NCBI RefSeq assembly: GCF_963921235.1
Contig: NC_086097.1
Location: forward strand, 121,396,001 to 121,460,000
Length of the DNA: 64,000 bases
From: Mobula hypostoma
Taxonomy: Eukaryota
Direction: 5' to 3'
Part shown: positions 23,769 to 35,460 of the stretch, one piece after another
How positions within the stretch are numbered: position 1 is the stretch's first letter
Layout: each line of letters begins with the position of its first letter
Made by a program: the position numbers and the translations under genes
Notes under the pieces: model-generated
What the model was told of the DNA's origin: nothing
Seen by the model: only the letters and a program-made list of their open reading frames with translations
The model's database searches: none

Positions 23769-23799
23769 ATGGAGCTGACGGTGCTCATCACCAAACTAG
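23769..23799 (+). CDS. RTTN: Rotatin coding exon 1 (MELTVLITKL-G)
   Basis: 31 nt, donor AG|GTAAAG, phase 1; joins exon 2 to give KLGHQL, as in the rotatin N-terminus. Confidence 0.93.
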
Positions 23800-24949
23800 G
23801 TAAAGCAGAGCCGGCGGTTGTCGGCGGCCTCGAACGGATGCTGAGTCTCCTCTTACCCATCCCTGTCCCTGGTCAGTGCAGGGAGTGTACGGGTAATGTA
23901 TTCCGGTCTGGATTAGTATTGGGCTTGTTCCTACAATGGGTCTCCCTTAAAACACATTCTGTAGGGCAAATCCTGCTCTGGGATATTTTAGAATGTTGGA
24001 ACACCATTTGTAGTGGATCAGTGTGCTCTCATGAGGTACACGGTTGAGGTAGTGCAAAGTGCATCTGCGGGATGTACACAGATCTCAGATCAGTGCAGAA
24101 TGTGTTCCTGTAGAATTTGACAAGTTGACGCAGTCTGTTGCTGTGTAGTAGAAGCCTTGGTTGAGTGTAGAGTCCGACTCTATGTGATAAAGTGTGTTGA
24201 GTTGATGGAGAATCCCTGTCTGTATGACAGGGTGTGCGAAAAATTTAAACCTGTTGCTAGTATCTGAGGTTGGTTCACCCATCAACTCTTCTGAGGTGCT
24301 GCGCATGGGGAATCATGACCGGATATTATTTCCAAATTAATCAAGGTTAGAGAACGTTGATACAGATTTTTGCAGACTAAATTCAGTTAAATTAAAAGTA
24401 TGTATTCTGCCTTTTTAAACTTTCTATTGGAACTTAGTGTGTCCCAGTTTAAGTTTCAAGTTTCAAATTTGTTTATTGTCAGAGGCATATGTACACAGGG
24501 TATAAATGCCATCAAAGTTAGCTTTTTGCAGCAGTTGCAGAGTAAGTTACAAGCATGACAAACATAAAATTCAAATTCAGATTTATTTAACACATGTACA
24601 TTGAATGACAGGGTGCAATGTCATTTGTGTCAACAACCAACGCACCTACAGATGTGCTGGGGGCAGCCTGCAAGTCTTTCTGTTGTCAGTGTAGCATGCC
24701 CACCGTCCTCGGCAGAATGGCACAGAACACAATGAAACAGAACATGTCAAGCAACAAACTACAGCATAACAAGCACGTTCCTTCCCTCCCACCCACCCAT
24801 ATGCATGGACAGTCCTCTAACACCAGGACAGGCCGCTTTGCCTTCAGCCTTCAGTGGGCTCAGAGGTGCAAATACTGGGCCTCCTGTTTCCTCAGCAAAC
24901 TCACTGAGATTCACCCAGGCTCAGGGCTTTGTCCATCGGGCCTCCAATT

Positions 24950-25335
24950 CTGATAGATATATATTTTAGTGAGCCCAAAGGAAATTAGAGTGTCACAGTA
25001 TAAATGCACAGGTATACAAATATTAGAATAGAAGTAAGAAAGAATAAAAAATAAGTTAACATCAGTCTTAACGTGGGGCGGGGGGTTCATCACTTCTCTG
25101 GTTGTTTCATGGCCTAGGGTAAGAATGACCTCATATAGAGCTCTTTGGAGTAGCATAGTTGTCTTAGTCTATGACTAAAAGTGCTCTTCTGTTCAGCCAA
25201 GGTGGCATGCAGTGGGTGAGAAACATTGTCCAGAATTTTCAGGATTTTCCGTAGGGTCCTTTGTTCTACCACAGCCTCCGGTGTGTCCAGTTTGACCCCT
25301 ATATCAGAGCCAGCCTTTCTAATCAGTTTATTGAG
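24950..25335 (-). mobile_element. Rex1-type LINE 3' fragment
   Basis: LNKLIRKAGS...ILDNVSHPLH...RSFLP. Confidence 0.85.
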
Positions 25336-25599
25336 CATCCATCTTTTGGTATTGACCCCAGAATGACGATGACTGAAGATCAGAACTCCTGGCCTCGAAC
25401 TTCAGACTCACCAATGATGAGACTGAGAACGAGGCTTCAAACTCCAGTCTCATTAACTTAGTGTACATAGGGGGTCACAGGCTCTCATGCCCCTTGCTTA
25501 CACAGTACTTCGATCCTGGAGCCTGCTGATGATTCACTGACCTGGGGTTGGGGTGGAACCACCAGCCCTCATCCTCGCTGCTCTTTGCTAATTTAAGTC

Positions 25600-27600
25600 C
25601 ATGTTAAGTTAACATAGGCTTAATATAAATTGTACATGAATTAAACAAAATCAAAATGACATGTGTGCAAGTGAAAGAAAAAAGGAAATAAAGTCTGAAT
25701 TAGTGTTAAGGATTTGCAAGTCTGTTCAAGTACTTTATGGCAGTATGGAAGAAGGTGTTGTTGAACCTTGAGGTCTGTGTCTTCAGGCTCCTGAATTTCC
25801 AGCTCGACAGCAACATTGAAAAGCAGGCATGATCTGGGTGATTGGAATCTTCACTGATGGATATTGCCTTCCTAAGAAAGGTTCTCTTGTAGATTTCTTC
25901 AAAAGTGGGGAGATCTGTACCCATGAACCGACTGAACCCACCACTCTCCGTAGCCTCTTGCATTCCTGTGCATTGGCTTCTCCATACCAGTCCGTGATGT
26001 ATCTGGTCAGAATGCTTTCCATCATACATTTGTAAATGTTTGTCAGAGTCTTTGATGTTATTCCAAATCTCCAGAAACCTCTGATAAAGTAGAGACACTA
26101 GCATACTGCCTTCAGGCCTGCTGGGCTCAGAACAGATCCTCCAAAATGTGAATACTCAGGAACTTGAGGCTTTTTGTCCTTTCCATCTTTGACTCTTCAA
26201 TGAGGACTGGCATGTGTTTGTCTAACTTCCCCTTCCTAACATCCACACTAAGTTCCTCTATATTGCTCATGAATGCAAGGCTATTGTTATGTTACCACTC
26301 AAGCTGTGAAGACTTATTCTCCCTCTCAAAGAAGATGTAAAACGCATTAAGCTCATCAGAGAGATTGCATCCTTGCTGTTCATGTTATTTGTGTTTGCCT
26401 TGTAGGAGTTCATGGGGTTTAAGTCCTGCTACAGTTGTTGCGCATCGATCTGTGTCTCCAGCTTATTCCAGAATTGCCTCTTTGCTCACGATAGTTTTCC
26501 AGAGGTTGTACCTGGATTTATGTAGGTCTTTTGATTACCAGTCTCGATCGCCCCAGACCTAATCCTAAGCAGACTCTGAAACTCATTGTTCTCTCACAGC
26601 TTTTGGCTTAGAAGGACCCTATCTGTTTTGTGGGCACGCACTTGTCCATGCTGGTCTTGATGAAGTTGGTGACAACTATACCAAATTTCTTAAGATCCAT
26701 TGATGAAATCTTGAATATCGTCCAGTCCACCAACTCACAACAATCCTTTATACACTCATTCACTTCCCTTGACCGTACCTTTTCATTGATGCCAGACCCT
26801 TCAGTCTGTCTGTACACAGGAAGTAGTATGACTAGGTGGTTAGATTTCCCAAAATATGGGTGTGAGATGGCTTGATGGTGGTGTAAGCAGATGACGTGCT
26901 GGTATAGTTTGGCAGAGGCTTCTTCAAGCTAGCATGGTTGAAGATGACACAATGATGAGAAAGGTGTTGGGATACAATGTTTTGTGCTTGGTAATCGTGG
27001 CACTCAATTCCTCCAGTGCCAGCTTGATGCCTGCCTGCCTGGGGGTGGGATGTGTACTAGAATAAGGATGATGGTGGGGGAGCTTCCTCAGCAGATAGTA
27101 CAGATGATACCACTGCCACATGTTCCACGTTGGGGTAGCAGGACTCAGATAGAACTGCTATGTCTGAGTACAGCGCGAGTTAACCAATATGCAAACGCGG
27201 CTGCCTATGCCTTAACCTGAAACCTCCGTCCAATCCGTGCAGTGGTTGTTGAAATTTTGGGACTGGAAAGCTGGGTGAGCAATGTTTCTGTGAAACAGTA
27301 AATTTCAGTCCCTGGTGTCTCTCTGATATGGCATTTTGCCTGAAGTCCTCCCTGGTGACCACATTTTCTGACACAATAACGGCATTCCTAATGCTTATAG
27401 GTACTGAACTCGCCTTCTGGGTGGTCTGTTCTGCTGAGTCTTGTTTGTTTCGCTATCCTAAGATCGCTAAAGCATTTAAATGGCTTAAAACATCATTCAT
27501 TTCTGTAGTAATTGTGGCTGCAAATTTGAGTTTTTAAAGTTAAGAACGGAAATACTTAAGAGCAGGCTGCAAAGTATCACTGCTCTCTGGCACCACCACA
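25600..27600 (-). mobile_element. Old, internally deleted Rex1-type LINE (APE and RT remnants)
   Basis: CFTET, DCCELVDW, ESILTRYITDWYG, LLSSWKFRSLKTQTSRFNNTFF. Confidence 0.75.
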
Positions 27601-28927
27601 TTACAGAATAGCTTATGTGAACTTGTTGACATATCTTTACCGTTGGTGGCATTGCCACATTTCTTCCAAAAGGCAGATATAATATGGAAATAAGTTTGTG
27701 AGCTGTTTTTTGATAAATTCAGACTAAAAAATTTATAATGGTAGCAAGTTGTTAAAAGCTGTGCAGATATTAATTATTTAATATTTCTATAGTATACTTC
27801 ATGAATTAGTGAATCCCTTTAGATTTCTGATATTTATTGCTGTTGTTGCCTGTTCTTTGTTTTCATTTTTACCAATTTCTTGGTTTAATTTACCGTTTCA
27901 AATTACCAACTAATTGATAATGTATTTTTAAATTTGCTCTTGTATTTCTGCACTTTGTCCTGTTTGACTCTGAGCAGAACATCAACCCCCATTGTTCAAG
28001 CTGATCTATCCAAGTTTGCTTGGAGTGCTTTTGCTTTAATATCTGCTCTTGCCACCATGTTGCCTTTGACAATGGTTTATTTACTCAAAATTCTGCATTG
28101 ATGATTTCCTCCTCCTTTGCAAACTTCTTGTTGCATAAACCTCAGCTCATCTAAAACTCTGCTTTATCTCACTCAGTTATCCACTGTTTCCCTTCCACAG
28201 CATCTCTAACCTTCTCTTTGTGGGAATTTGGGCAATAATCCAAACTGGAATCCATATCTTTGATTCTTATCCAGTGATCCCCATGCTGCATCCTACTTTT
28301 GAAATCTCATTCAGCCCTTCAATGTTTTTCTATCGTTCCTTGGTCCCTGTGCAATCCATTGTCCATTTCATTTTCTGTGCACAGGTCTTTAGCTAACTTC
28401 GCCAAACTCTCTAATACCTTTGCAACTACCTGCTCTCCAGAACCTCCTCAAAGTTAATTATTTAACTGACTTTTGTCATTTTTGGGATCTCATTTTCTGT
28501 CAGTCAGTTGATAGAAAATGATAGACTCCCCCCCCCCCCGCAGAGCAAGTTGAAGTCTACCAAGTTTTAGTGTCCATAGAAATGTAAATTGTTGGTCTTT
28601 TTTCATTCAAAAAAAAGGAGCCAGTCCAATAAGTCACACAGTTGTTCTGAGGAGATGATGTGTGTGCTGAAAGGACAAATGTTGTATCATAAGCAGAACT
28701 TTAAATATTGATGAATACACACCCAAATTGGGATCTAAATAGGGAATTTGCGCTCCTAAATTACATTATTCTCAACTTCAGAAATGCAAAGTGAGTAGTT
28801 TTCATTCAGAAATAACACCCTGCCAGGGGTGGTGATAGAGGGTTAGGGGTCAGTTAAGTTTTTTTTACACAAGGTGATGGGTGTGTAGAACATGTGCTAG
28901 GGATGGTGATAGAGGCAGATACGTTAA

Positions 28928-29460
28928 CGATGACGACGTTAGGTTGCATCTGGAATTTCCAGTTGACGGACACTTTCCCTCCACACCGCTCAGACATATT
29001 GGGAAATCATGTACCTGGCAGGTTACAGCAGTGGTTTGCCTTTGCCTTCTGCCAGGTGAGTTTAAAGAGATCACCACCTCTTGCGGTGGATGACCAAGTC
29101 ATCTAAGTGTCTTGTTGTGCTCTCAGCGCTCCACAACGCCTGCTGGCCTACCTTCTTGACCGTTGGACCATTAATCGGTCTCGTCCGCTCAATCTGCCAG
29201 GGCCAGACTTCACACGCTAGGATAGGCAGATCCCCTACCTCACCGAGGGTCAAGGACCCATAGGCTACCCTCGCCTGGTTTGGCCCGTCTGCCGAGACCG
29301 TTTACTGGGGTGTGGCCGCTGCGCATTTTACATCTACTTGGAGCCACAGGTGAGAGCTGAGCGCCAAGTGAGGACCAAAGGTGGACGAGCTGCCCTGAAA
29401 AGGGCACGGCAGGCCACCCCACCAGAGGTGCTACCCCTCCCTAGACACCCCATACACCCC
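28928..29460 (-). mobile_element. Non-autonomous RTE-type short retroposon with a complete 5' end
   Basis: TSD AGATAC(G/A)TTAA at 28917-28927 and 29461-29471; GC-rich and non-coding; 5' head shared with 55626-55800. Confidence 0.8.
29270..29451 (-). ncRNA. Candidate HDV-like self-cleaving ribozyme with expanded J1/2 and L3
   Basis: P1 GGGGUGU/ACACCCC, P2 CUCACCUGU/ACCAGGCGAG, P3 GGC/GCC, L3 starting UCC, P4 GUCU/AGAC, J4/2 GGCCAA, all in canonical order; folded by eye. Confidence 0.6.
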
Positions 29461-29974
29461 AGATACATTAAGGGCATTTTTTTTTAAATGCCTTTTTTTT
29501 TAGTTACATTAAGGGCACTTAAAAAACATTTGGGCACATGGATGAAAGAGAAATGGAGGGCTACATGGGAGGAAAGGGTCAGATTGATCTTGGAGTAGGT
29601 TAGATGGTCAGCATGACATTTTGAGCTGAAGGGACTTTGCTTTACTGTACTGTTCTTTACTCTAACCCAAATGCTAACAGATCTCTACCCAAAACAAAAG
29701 CTTTGATGGGATTAATCTTTTCCTATAAAATCTGTTAATGGTGTGATTGCTAAGTATTGCTGGTTGACTGGATTGTTAGATTCCGTTCTGCTTGCACTCA
29801 TTTGGCCCAAATATTAGGAGCTAAATCCTCTGTACCGTGAGTTCACCAGCAATGCCTCAGCAATGAATAGCATTGATCACCCTGCCTGCAGCCCTGAACT
29901 CCAGAATACTCTCGACATGAGGCATGTGTCTCAAGTAGATCTCCCTATGCCAAAGCTGTGAAGCAGTTTCGTGC

Positions 29975-30173
29975 TAAATACAAGTGATTCTGCAGGTGTT
30001 GTAAAGCTTGAGCAACACACACACAAAATGCTGCACTCCCCCCCCACCACCACCACCTTATTTTAGTCTCTGCCCCTTGCCTTTCCAGTCCTGATGAAGA
30101 TACTAGGCCTGAAATGTGGACTGTTTATTACTCTCTATAGATGCTGCCTGACCTGCTGAATTCCTCCAGCATC

Positions 30174-30219
<46 letters not shown>

Positions 30220-30245
30220 CGCGCGCGCATATGCATGTGTTGCTT
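29975..30245. mobile_element. Two Penelope pLTR fragments in inverted arrangement, with a degenerate hammerhead
   Basis: GCAACACACACAAAATGCTG (-) followed by AGTCCTGATGA...GAAATGTGGACTG...TTCCTCCAGCA (+). Confidence 0.8.
30176..30240. repeat. (TG)n(CG)n alternating purine-pyrimidine tract, 65 bp
   Basis: Unbroken R/Y alternation. Confidence 0.95.
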
Positions 30246-30509
30246 TAGCAGGTTAATGGTCTTTGTTTTTGATAGCACCATTACAAGGTAAAATTAAATA
30301 TTAATAATTTAAAATGCCTTAAATTGAAAACATCATTAAAGCACATTAAAGACTAACAACCCATTGAAACATTTATAGTAAATTGGTAATTAACTTTCTT
30401 CTGCAGGTCCATGAATTCTATACAAGTGAATGCATTACTGATCGAGTGCTAGCCCTGACATGCCGTGTGATTTAGGAGGACAGTTTCTAATGTAATTGGT
30501 TTTATTTAC

Positions 30510-30800
30510 AGTTTGTATTTAGTGATACAGTACAGTACAGGCCCTTCTGGCCCAATGAACCGTACTGCCCAGCATCCCACCTATTCAACCCGAGCCTAAT
30601 CACAGGACAGTTTACGATGACCAGTTAACCTGCTAACTGGTACATCTTTTGACTGTGGGAGGAAACCAGAGCACCCCTAGGAAACCCACGCTTTCATGGG
30701 GAGAACATACAAACTCCTTACAGGCAGTGCTGGAGTTGAACTCCAAACTCTGGAACACCCTGAACTATAACAGTGTTGTGCTGACTGCTGTGGTGCCCAT
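30510..30800 (-). mobile_element. tRNA-derived SINE (HE1/V-SINE-like)
   Basis: GTGGGAGGAAACCAGAGCACCC..GGAAACCCACG..GGGAGAACATACAAACTCC core; B-box-like GAGTTCAACTCC on the - strand. Confidence 0.75.
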
Positions 30801-31206
30801 AATGTAGAAGAGTACTAATATATTGCTGGATAGTTGCTGCTACACTAGCTACATAGCGAGGTTCCACATGAAATCCATGAATTCTACACAATGACCTTAT
30901 AAACCAGCACCCAGCACCCAGCACCATGACATTACAACTAATTAGAGTATTCTGTTGAGGCAAGATATTATTCATATCTGATTTTTTATCGTACATTTAT
31001 TGATCAGCATTTTGATGCAGATATCCACTTATAAATTTTTGCAGCATGATTTAGAAACACAGGATGATTCAGGCTACGAGTTCTGACAGCTGAGCAATGA
31101 GTGTAAGGACAAATCAGTATGAGTGAAGATGCTGTTGTCTATCACACAGTCACAGGCTGATTGTGCCTATAAATAATGACAAGTATTAAATCATTCACCT
31201 TTACTT

Positions 31207-31460
31207 TGTGGCATGGTAGTGTCACGGTTAGCGTAACCCTTTTACAGTGCCAGAGACCTGTATTCATTTCCTGCTGCTGGCGATAAACAGTTTGTACCAT
31301 ATGTTCTTCCTGTGATTATGTAGGTTTCCCCTGGGTGCTCTGGTTTCCTCCCACATTCAAAGTATGTACAGGTTAGTAGGTTAATTAGGCACTTGGGTGT
31401 AATTGGGCATTGTGGGCTTTTTGGGCCAGAAGGGCCTGTTACCAGGCTGTACCTCTAGCT
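31207..31460 (+). mobile_element. tRNA-derived SINE (HE1/V-SINE-like)
   Basis: A-box-like GGCATGGTAGTGTCACGGTTAG; core GGTTTCCCCTGGGTGCTCTGGTTTCCTCCCACA; CR1-like tail GGGCCAGAAGGGCCTGTT. Confidence 0.75.
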
Positions 31461-31891
31461 TGGATATCCAATTAGTTGCGGTTATAATGTCAGGCTGCTT
31501 GGTGATTGATGCTGACTCTGATAATGTGAATGTTTCACGAGTTAAGATTCAGAGAGCTCCTTTATTCCCCGCTGTACTTTCAGAATCTGGAAATGACATT
31601 GCATGTGCGTTTCCTGTCAAGATAAGTGATGTTACTTGTTGGTTGAGCTATTTCGTGCCATATTGTTGGTTCAGTTCCAGAATCAGTGGAAATGAGGGGT
31701 ACTAGCTCTCATGTATACCTGAATTTGGGGTTGTATTTTCTCTACGGAGTGCAAATGTGAAGGAGGATACACAACTCTTCATTGGCTATATTGCTGCAAT
31801 TTGAAAGGAGACTAACCAGCTCAGTTGTTATCCACCCTAAATGTGAAAATCTAGACGCAAATTGCATATTGAATCTTGGTTTTACTCTAAA

Positions 31892-32818
31892 GTACAAGAG
31901 ATTCTTCAGATGCTTAGAATCTTGGATTAACACATGCAAAATGCTGTGGAACTCAGCAGGTCAGGTAGCATTTACTGAAAGGCATAAACTGACGACACTT
32001 TGAGCTGAGACCCTTCATCAGGACTGGAAAGTAAGGGGGCAGAGCCAGAAATAGAAGTTGGGCCAGCAGGCGATGGGTGAAATCAGGTGAGGGGAAGGGT
32101 GGGTGCGGTGGGGAAGTAAGAAGCTGAGAGAGGCTAGATGGAAGAGATAAAATACTGAAGATGAAGGAATCTGATAGGAGAGGACAGTGGACCATGGAAG
32201 AAAGGGAAAGAGGTGGGGAAACCAGAAGGAGGTGACATGCAACTGAGTAGAAAAAGCAGGAGTAAAAAGAGGAGCCTGAACAGGGAATGGAAAAAGAGAG
32301 AAGAGGGTGGGATGATGAATCACCAGAGGTTAGAGTAATTGATGTTCATGCCAGCAGGTTGGAGGCTACCCAAATGGAATATGAGTTTGGCCTCATCATG
32401 TTAGAATAGAAATGAGAAGTCAAATTGAAATGGATGGCCAGCGGGAGATCTCCTTTCGTGGTAGATAGAGAAAAGGTGTTCGATGAAGTTGTCCTCCAAT
32501 CTGCATTGCATCTTATTGATGACTAGTACGCCACATTGGGAGCACTGGATACAATCAATGACCCCGACAGATTCACAGGTCAAGTGTCACCTTACCTGTA
32601 AGGGCTATTTGGGGCCCTGTATGGAGGTGAGGGAGGAGGCGTAGAGGTAGGTATTAGTACTTGTCACTCTTGCAGGGTAAGTGCCAGGACGGAGATCAGT
32701 GAGGAGGGTCAATGGAGCCACGTAGAGAGTGATCCCTACGGAAAGTGGAAGAGGGAGGGAAAGAAGTATTTTGTGGTAGGGTCGTGTTCGAGATGCCGGA
32801 AGTACAGAAAATGACATG
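31892..32818 (-). mobile_element. Penelope-like element (GIY-YIG endonuclease remnant and pLTR)
   Basis: TCESVGVIDCIQCSQCG...CRLEDNFIEHL; pLTR with AGTCCTGATGAAGGGTCTC. Confidence 0.88.
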
Positions 32819-32832
32819 TCTTTTATTTTTAG

Positions 32833-33020
32833 GTCACCAGTTGATGGAAATCAGAGTTCGAGCTCTGAAGAATATTTTGAGCAAAATTGATCATGGATTG
32901 ATTTCCATTTTTGATTTGACACAAGAAAAGAGGCTCTTTATTCGACTATTTGAATGGTTCAACTTCCCAACTGTTCCGATGCAAGGAGAAGTGCTCAAGC
33001 TCTGTGGTCAACTTGTAAAG
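32833..33020 (+). CDS. RTTN: Rotatin coding exon 2 ([21 protein letters not shown]...[24 protein letters not shown])
   Basis: 188 nt; acceptor TTTTTAG|, donor AAG|GTAAGT; strong match to the RTTN N-terminal domain. Confidence 0.97.
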
Positions 33021-33342
33021 GTAAGTTATTTGTGAGACAGGAATCATTGAAAAATTACTTAAATGTGTTAGACATTGGGAATGTTTTAAGTGTATTAAAG
33101 AATAATGAGGCAAAAAAGGACCCTGTCAATGTGCTTAGTATTGAGCTTGCAAATGGTGAGTTTGGATTGACCAGTTTTTTTCTTGTGAGCTCAGTGGTCA
33201 TTAGGACAGAGCATATGTCCCAGAATTCCTGCTTGTTTTTCTGGTTTATTGAACTGCAGTTGAAGCTGATTATTTTCCATTACCTTTATTATAAATATTC
33301 TGATGAGTAGTACACATGAATTATCAGTAAAGATGCACTATA

Positions 33343-33911
33343 AACTCAGTGGCCACTTTATTAACTATGCCTGTACACTTCCTCATTAATCCAAATATCT
33401 AATCAGCCAATCGTGTGACAACAACTCTATGCATAAAAGCCTGCAGACACGGTCAGGTGGTTCAGTTGTTGTTCAGACCGAACATCAGGATGGGGAAGAA
33501 ATGTGATCTAAGTCACTTTGATTGTGGAATGTTTGTTGTTGCCAGTCGGGCTGAGTATCTCAAACTGCTGATCTCATGGGATTTTCATGCACAACGGTTT
33601 CCAGAGTTTACAGAAAATGGTGCAAACAAAAAAACAAAAAAAAAATCCAGTGAGTGGCAGTTCTGTGGGTGAAAATGCCTTGTTAATGAGAAAGGTCAGA
33701 GGCGAATGGCCAGACTGGTTCAAGGTGACAGGAAGGCTACAGTAACTCCGATAACCAGGCATTACAACTGTGGTGTATAGACGAGCATCTCTGAATGCAC
33801 AGCGTGTTGAACTTTGAAGTGGATGGGCTACAGCAGCAGAATTCCACAAACATAAACTCAGTGGCCACTTTAATAAACACAGGAGGTACCTAATGAAGTG
33901 GCCACTGAGTG
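33343..33911. mobile_element. Non-autonomous Tc1/mariner DNA transposon
   Basis: TIRs ACTCAGTGGCCACTT / AAGTGGCCACTGAGT with TA flanks; MGKKCDLSHFDCGMFV transposase start remnant. Confidence 0.88.
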
Positions 33912-34439
33912 TATATCAGAAATGTAATGTTTGGACATGTATTTTCATATCAAAGATAGTGTTTGCTCACCTCCAGTCTGAATCCATTTCATTATTTGTC
34001 ACTTCCTCCTAATATGAGCTCAGCAATAGGTAAGACCATAACTGGTGCTTACAGACCTTTTTTTAAAACTGAGTGTTATGCTAAAGTGTGAGGTTTTTCA
34101 TCTACCTCTTTGAAGACATATGGGACCATATGATAAAGATTAGGGAATGAAAATCTAGCTAGCTTGCCTTTTTATTACATCTTTCTTTATAACATCTCAA
34201 GCCTCATGTTCTATGAAATAATTTCATGGTTGATCATGTGTCATTTTCTCTTTCCAGTCAGCTTCTTTTAGCCTGATTCCTGTGGTATCTAAAGATCCCA
34301 TTTTTTTTCCTAGCCTTGAGTGTGTTCAGAGGGCAAGCCCACTTGAAATAGAGAACTCCAAAAAAGAAGCAACCAGATAAAAACATGCAAAATTCTGAAA
34401 TGGATTGAGAGGGCTGACGATGAGACAATCTTCAGATAT

Positions 34440-35460
34440 TTCAGTGTGAAGAAGTTGTCCCTCAGGTCCCTTTCAAATCTCTTTCCTTTTGGCTTAAACC
34501 TTTGCCCTCTGTTTTTAGACTCCACTACCTGGGAAAGAGACTGACCATTCATCCTATCCACTGCTTTTATAGATCTACATAAGATCACCCATTTTGTGCA
34601 TCGGGAGAAAGGCCCTAGCCTATCCAGTCTCTCCTTTATAACTAGATATCTCTAGTCCCGGTAACATGTGGCAGGAGGAGATAAAGCAGCGCGCCGCACG
34701 TGCGCAGCCCTCCGGTGAAAAATGATACTGTATCCGTTAAAAAGGGGCCGTGAACAATTCTGATTTGATTGAGACGGATGTGAAAGCACAGAGGAACATC
34801 TGGAAAAAATTCTGAAACGCTCGTTCGCTGCTGTTGTTATTGCGTGGTTGGGAATCTTTCGGAGGGAAGGACTCAAAATCCCCGGCTTTGCCTGCTGTTC
34901 GCGACTGAGATGGAGGTCAAATCGCTCGGATAGAGATGGCGCTTAGTACTCGGTGTCGGAGAGCTGATCAGAGCTCGAAGTTTTCAGATGACTCAGAGTT
35001 GGCATGGCAGGGAGAGTTTTTCTTCCTTCTCCTGTCTGCGTGAGATGTGGGACATTTGAGAGACTTTGAACTTTTACTGTGCTCATGGACTTCTTCATCA
35101 AGTTATGGTATTGTTGCACTGTTGTAACTATATGTTATAATTATGTGGTTTTGTTAGTTTTTTTCAGTCTTGGTCTGTCCTGTGTTTTGTGATATCACAC
35201 TGGAGGAAATATTGTATCATTTCTTAATGCATGCATTACTAAATGACAATAAAAGAGGACTGCGTGTCTTCATAATCTAATCTTTATGTGAATTTTTTTT
35301 CTGCACTCTTTCCTCCCTGTAATTTAACAACTGGAACAGCACATGATGATCGGAGTGCAATCTCATCATCGTCTGGTACAGTTGTAAGATGTCATTCCAA
35401 TTCTTGTACTCAGTGCTCTGACTGATGAAGCCAGGTGTGCCAAACACCACCTTTACCATG
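34440..35460 (-). mobile_element. CR1 3' fragment interrupted at ~34657-35280 by a younger short element (+)
   Basis: FERDLRDNFFT and QSTEYKNWNDILQLYQT on either side; the insert ends AATAAA...ATAATCTAATCT. Confidence 0.7.

Larger units (their letters stand above)
28845..29665 (+). mobile_element. Old CR1 3' end interrupted by the retroposon at 28928-29460
   Basis: TTTTTTACACAAGG...AGAGGCAGATAC / ATTAAGGGCA...CACATGGATG...ATGGAGGGCTA...TGTACTGTTC. Confidence 0.7.

Noticed and set aside
32745-33035. ORF-track starts upstream of RTTN exons (also 37026 and 57899)
   Set aside because: These are intronic extensions; the true boundaries are set by AG/GT sites and phase continuity.
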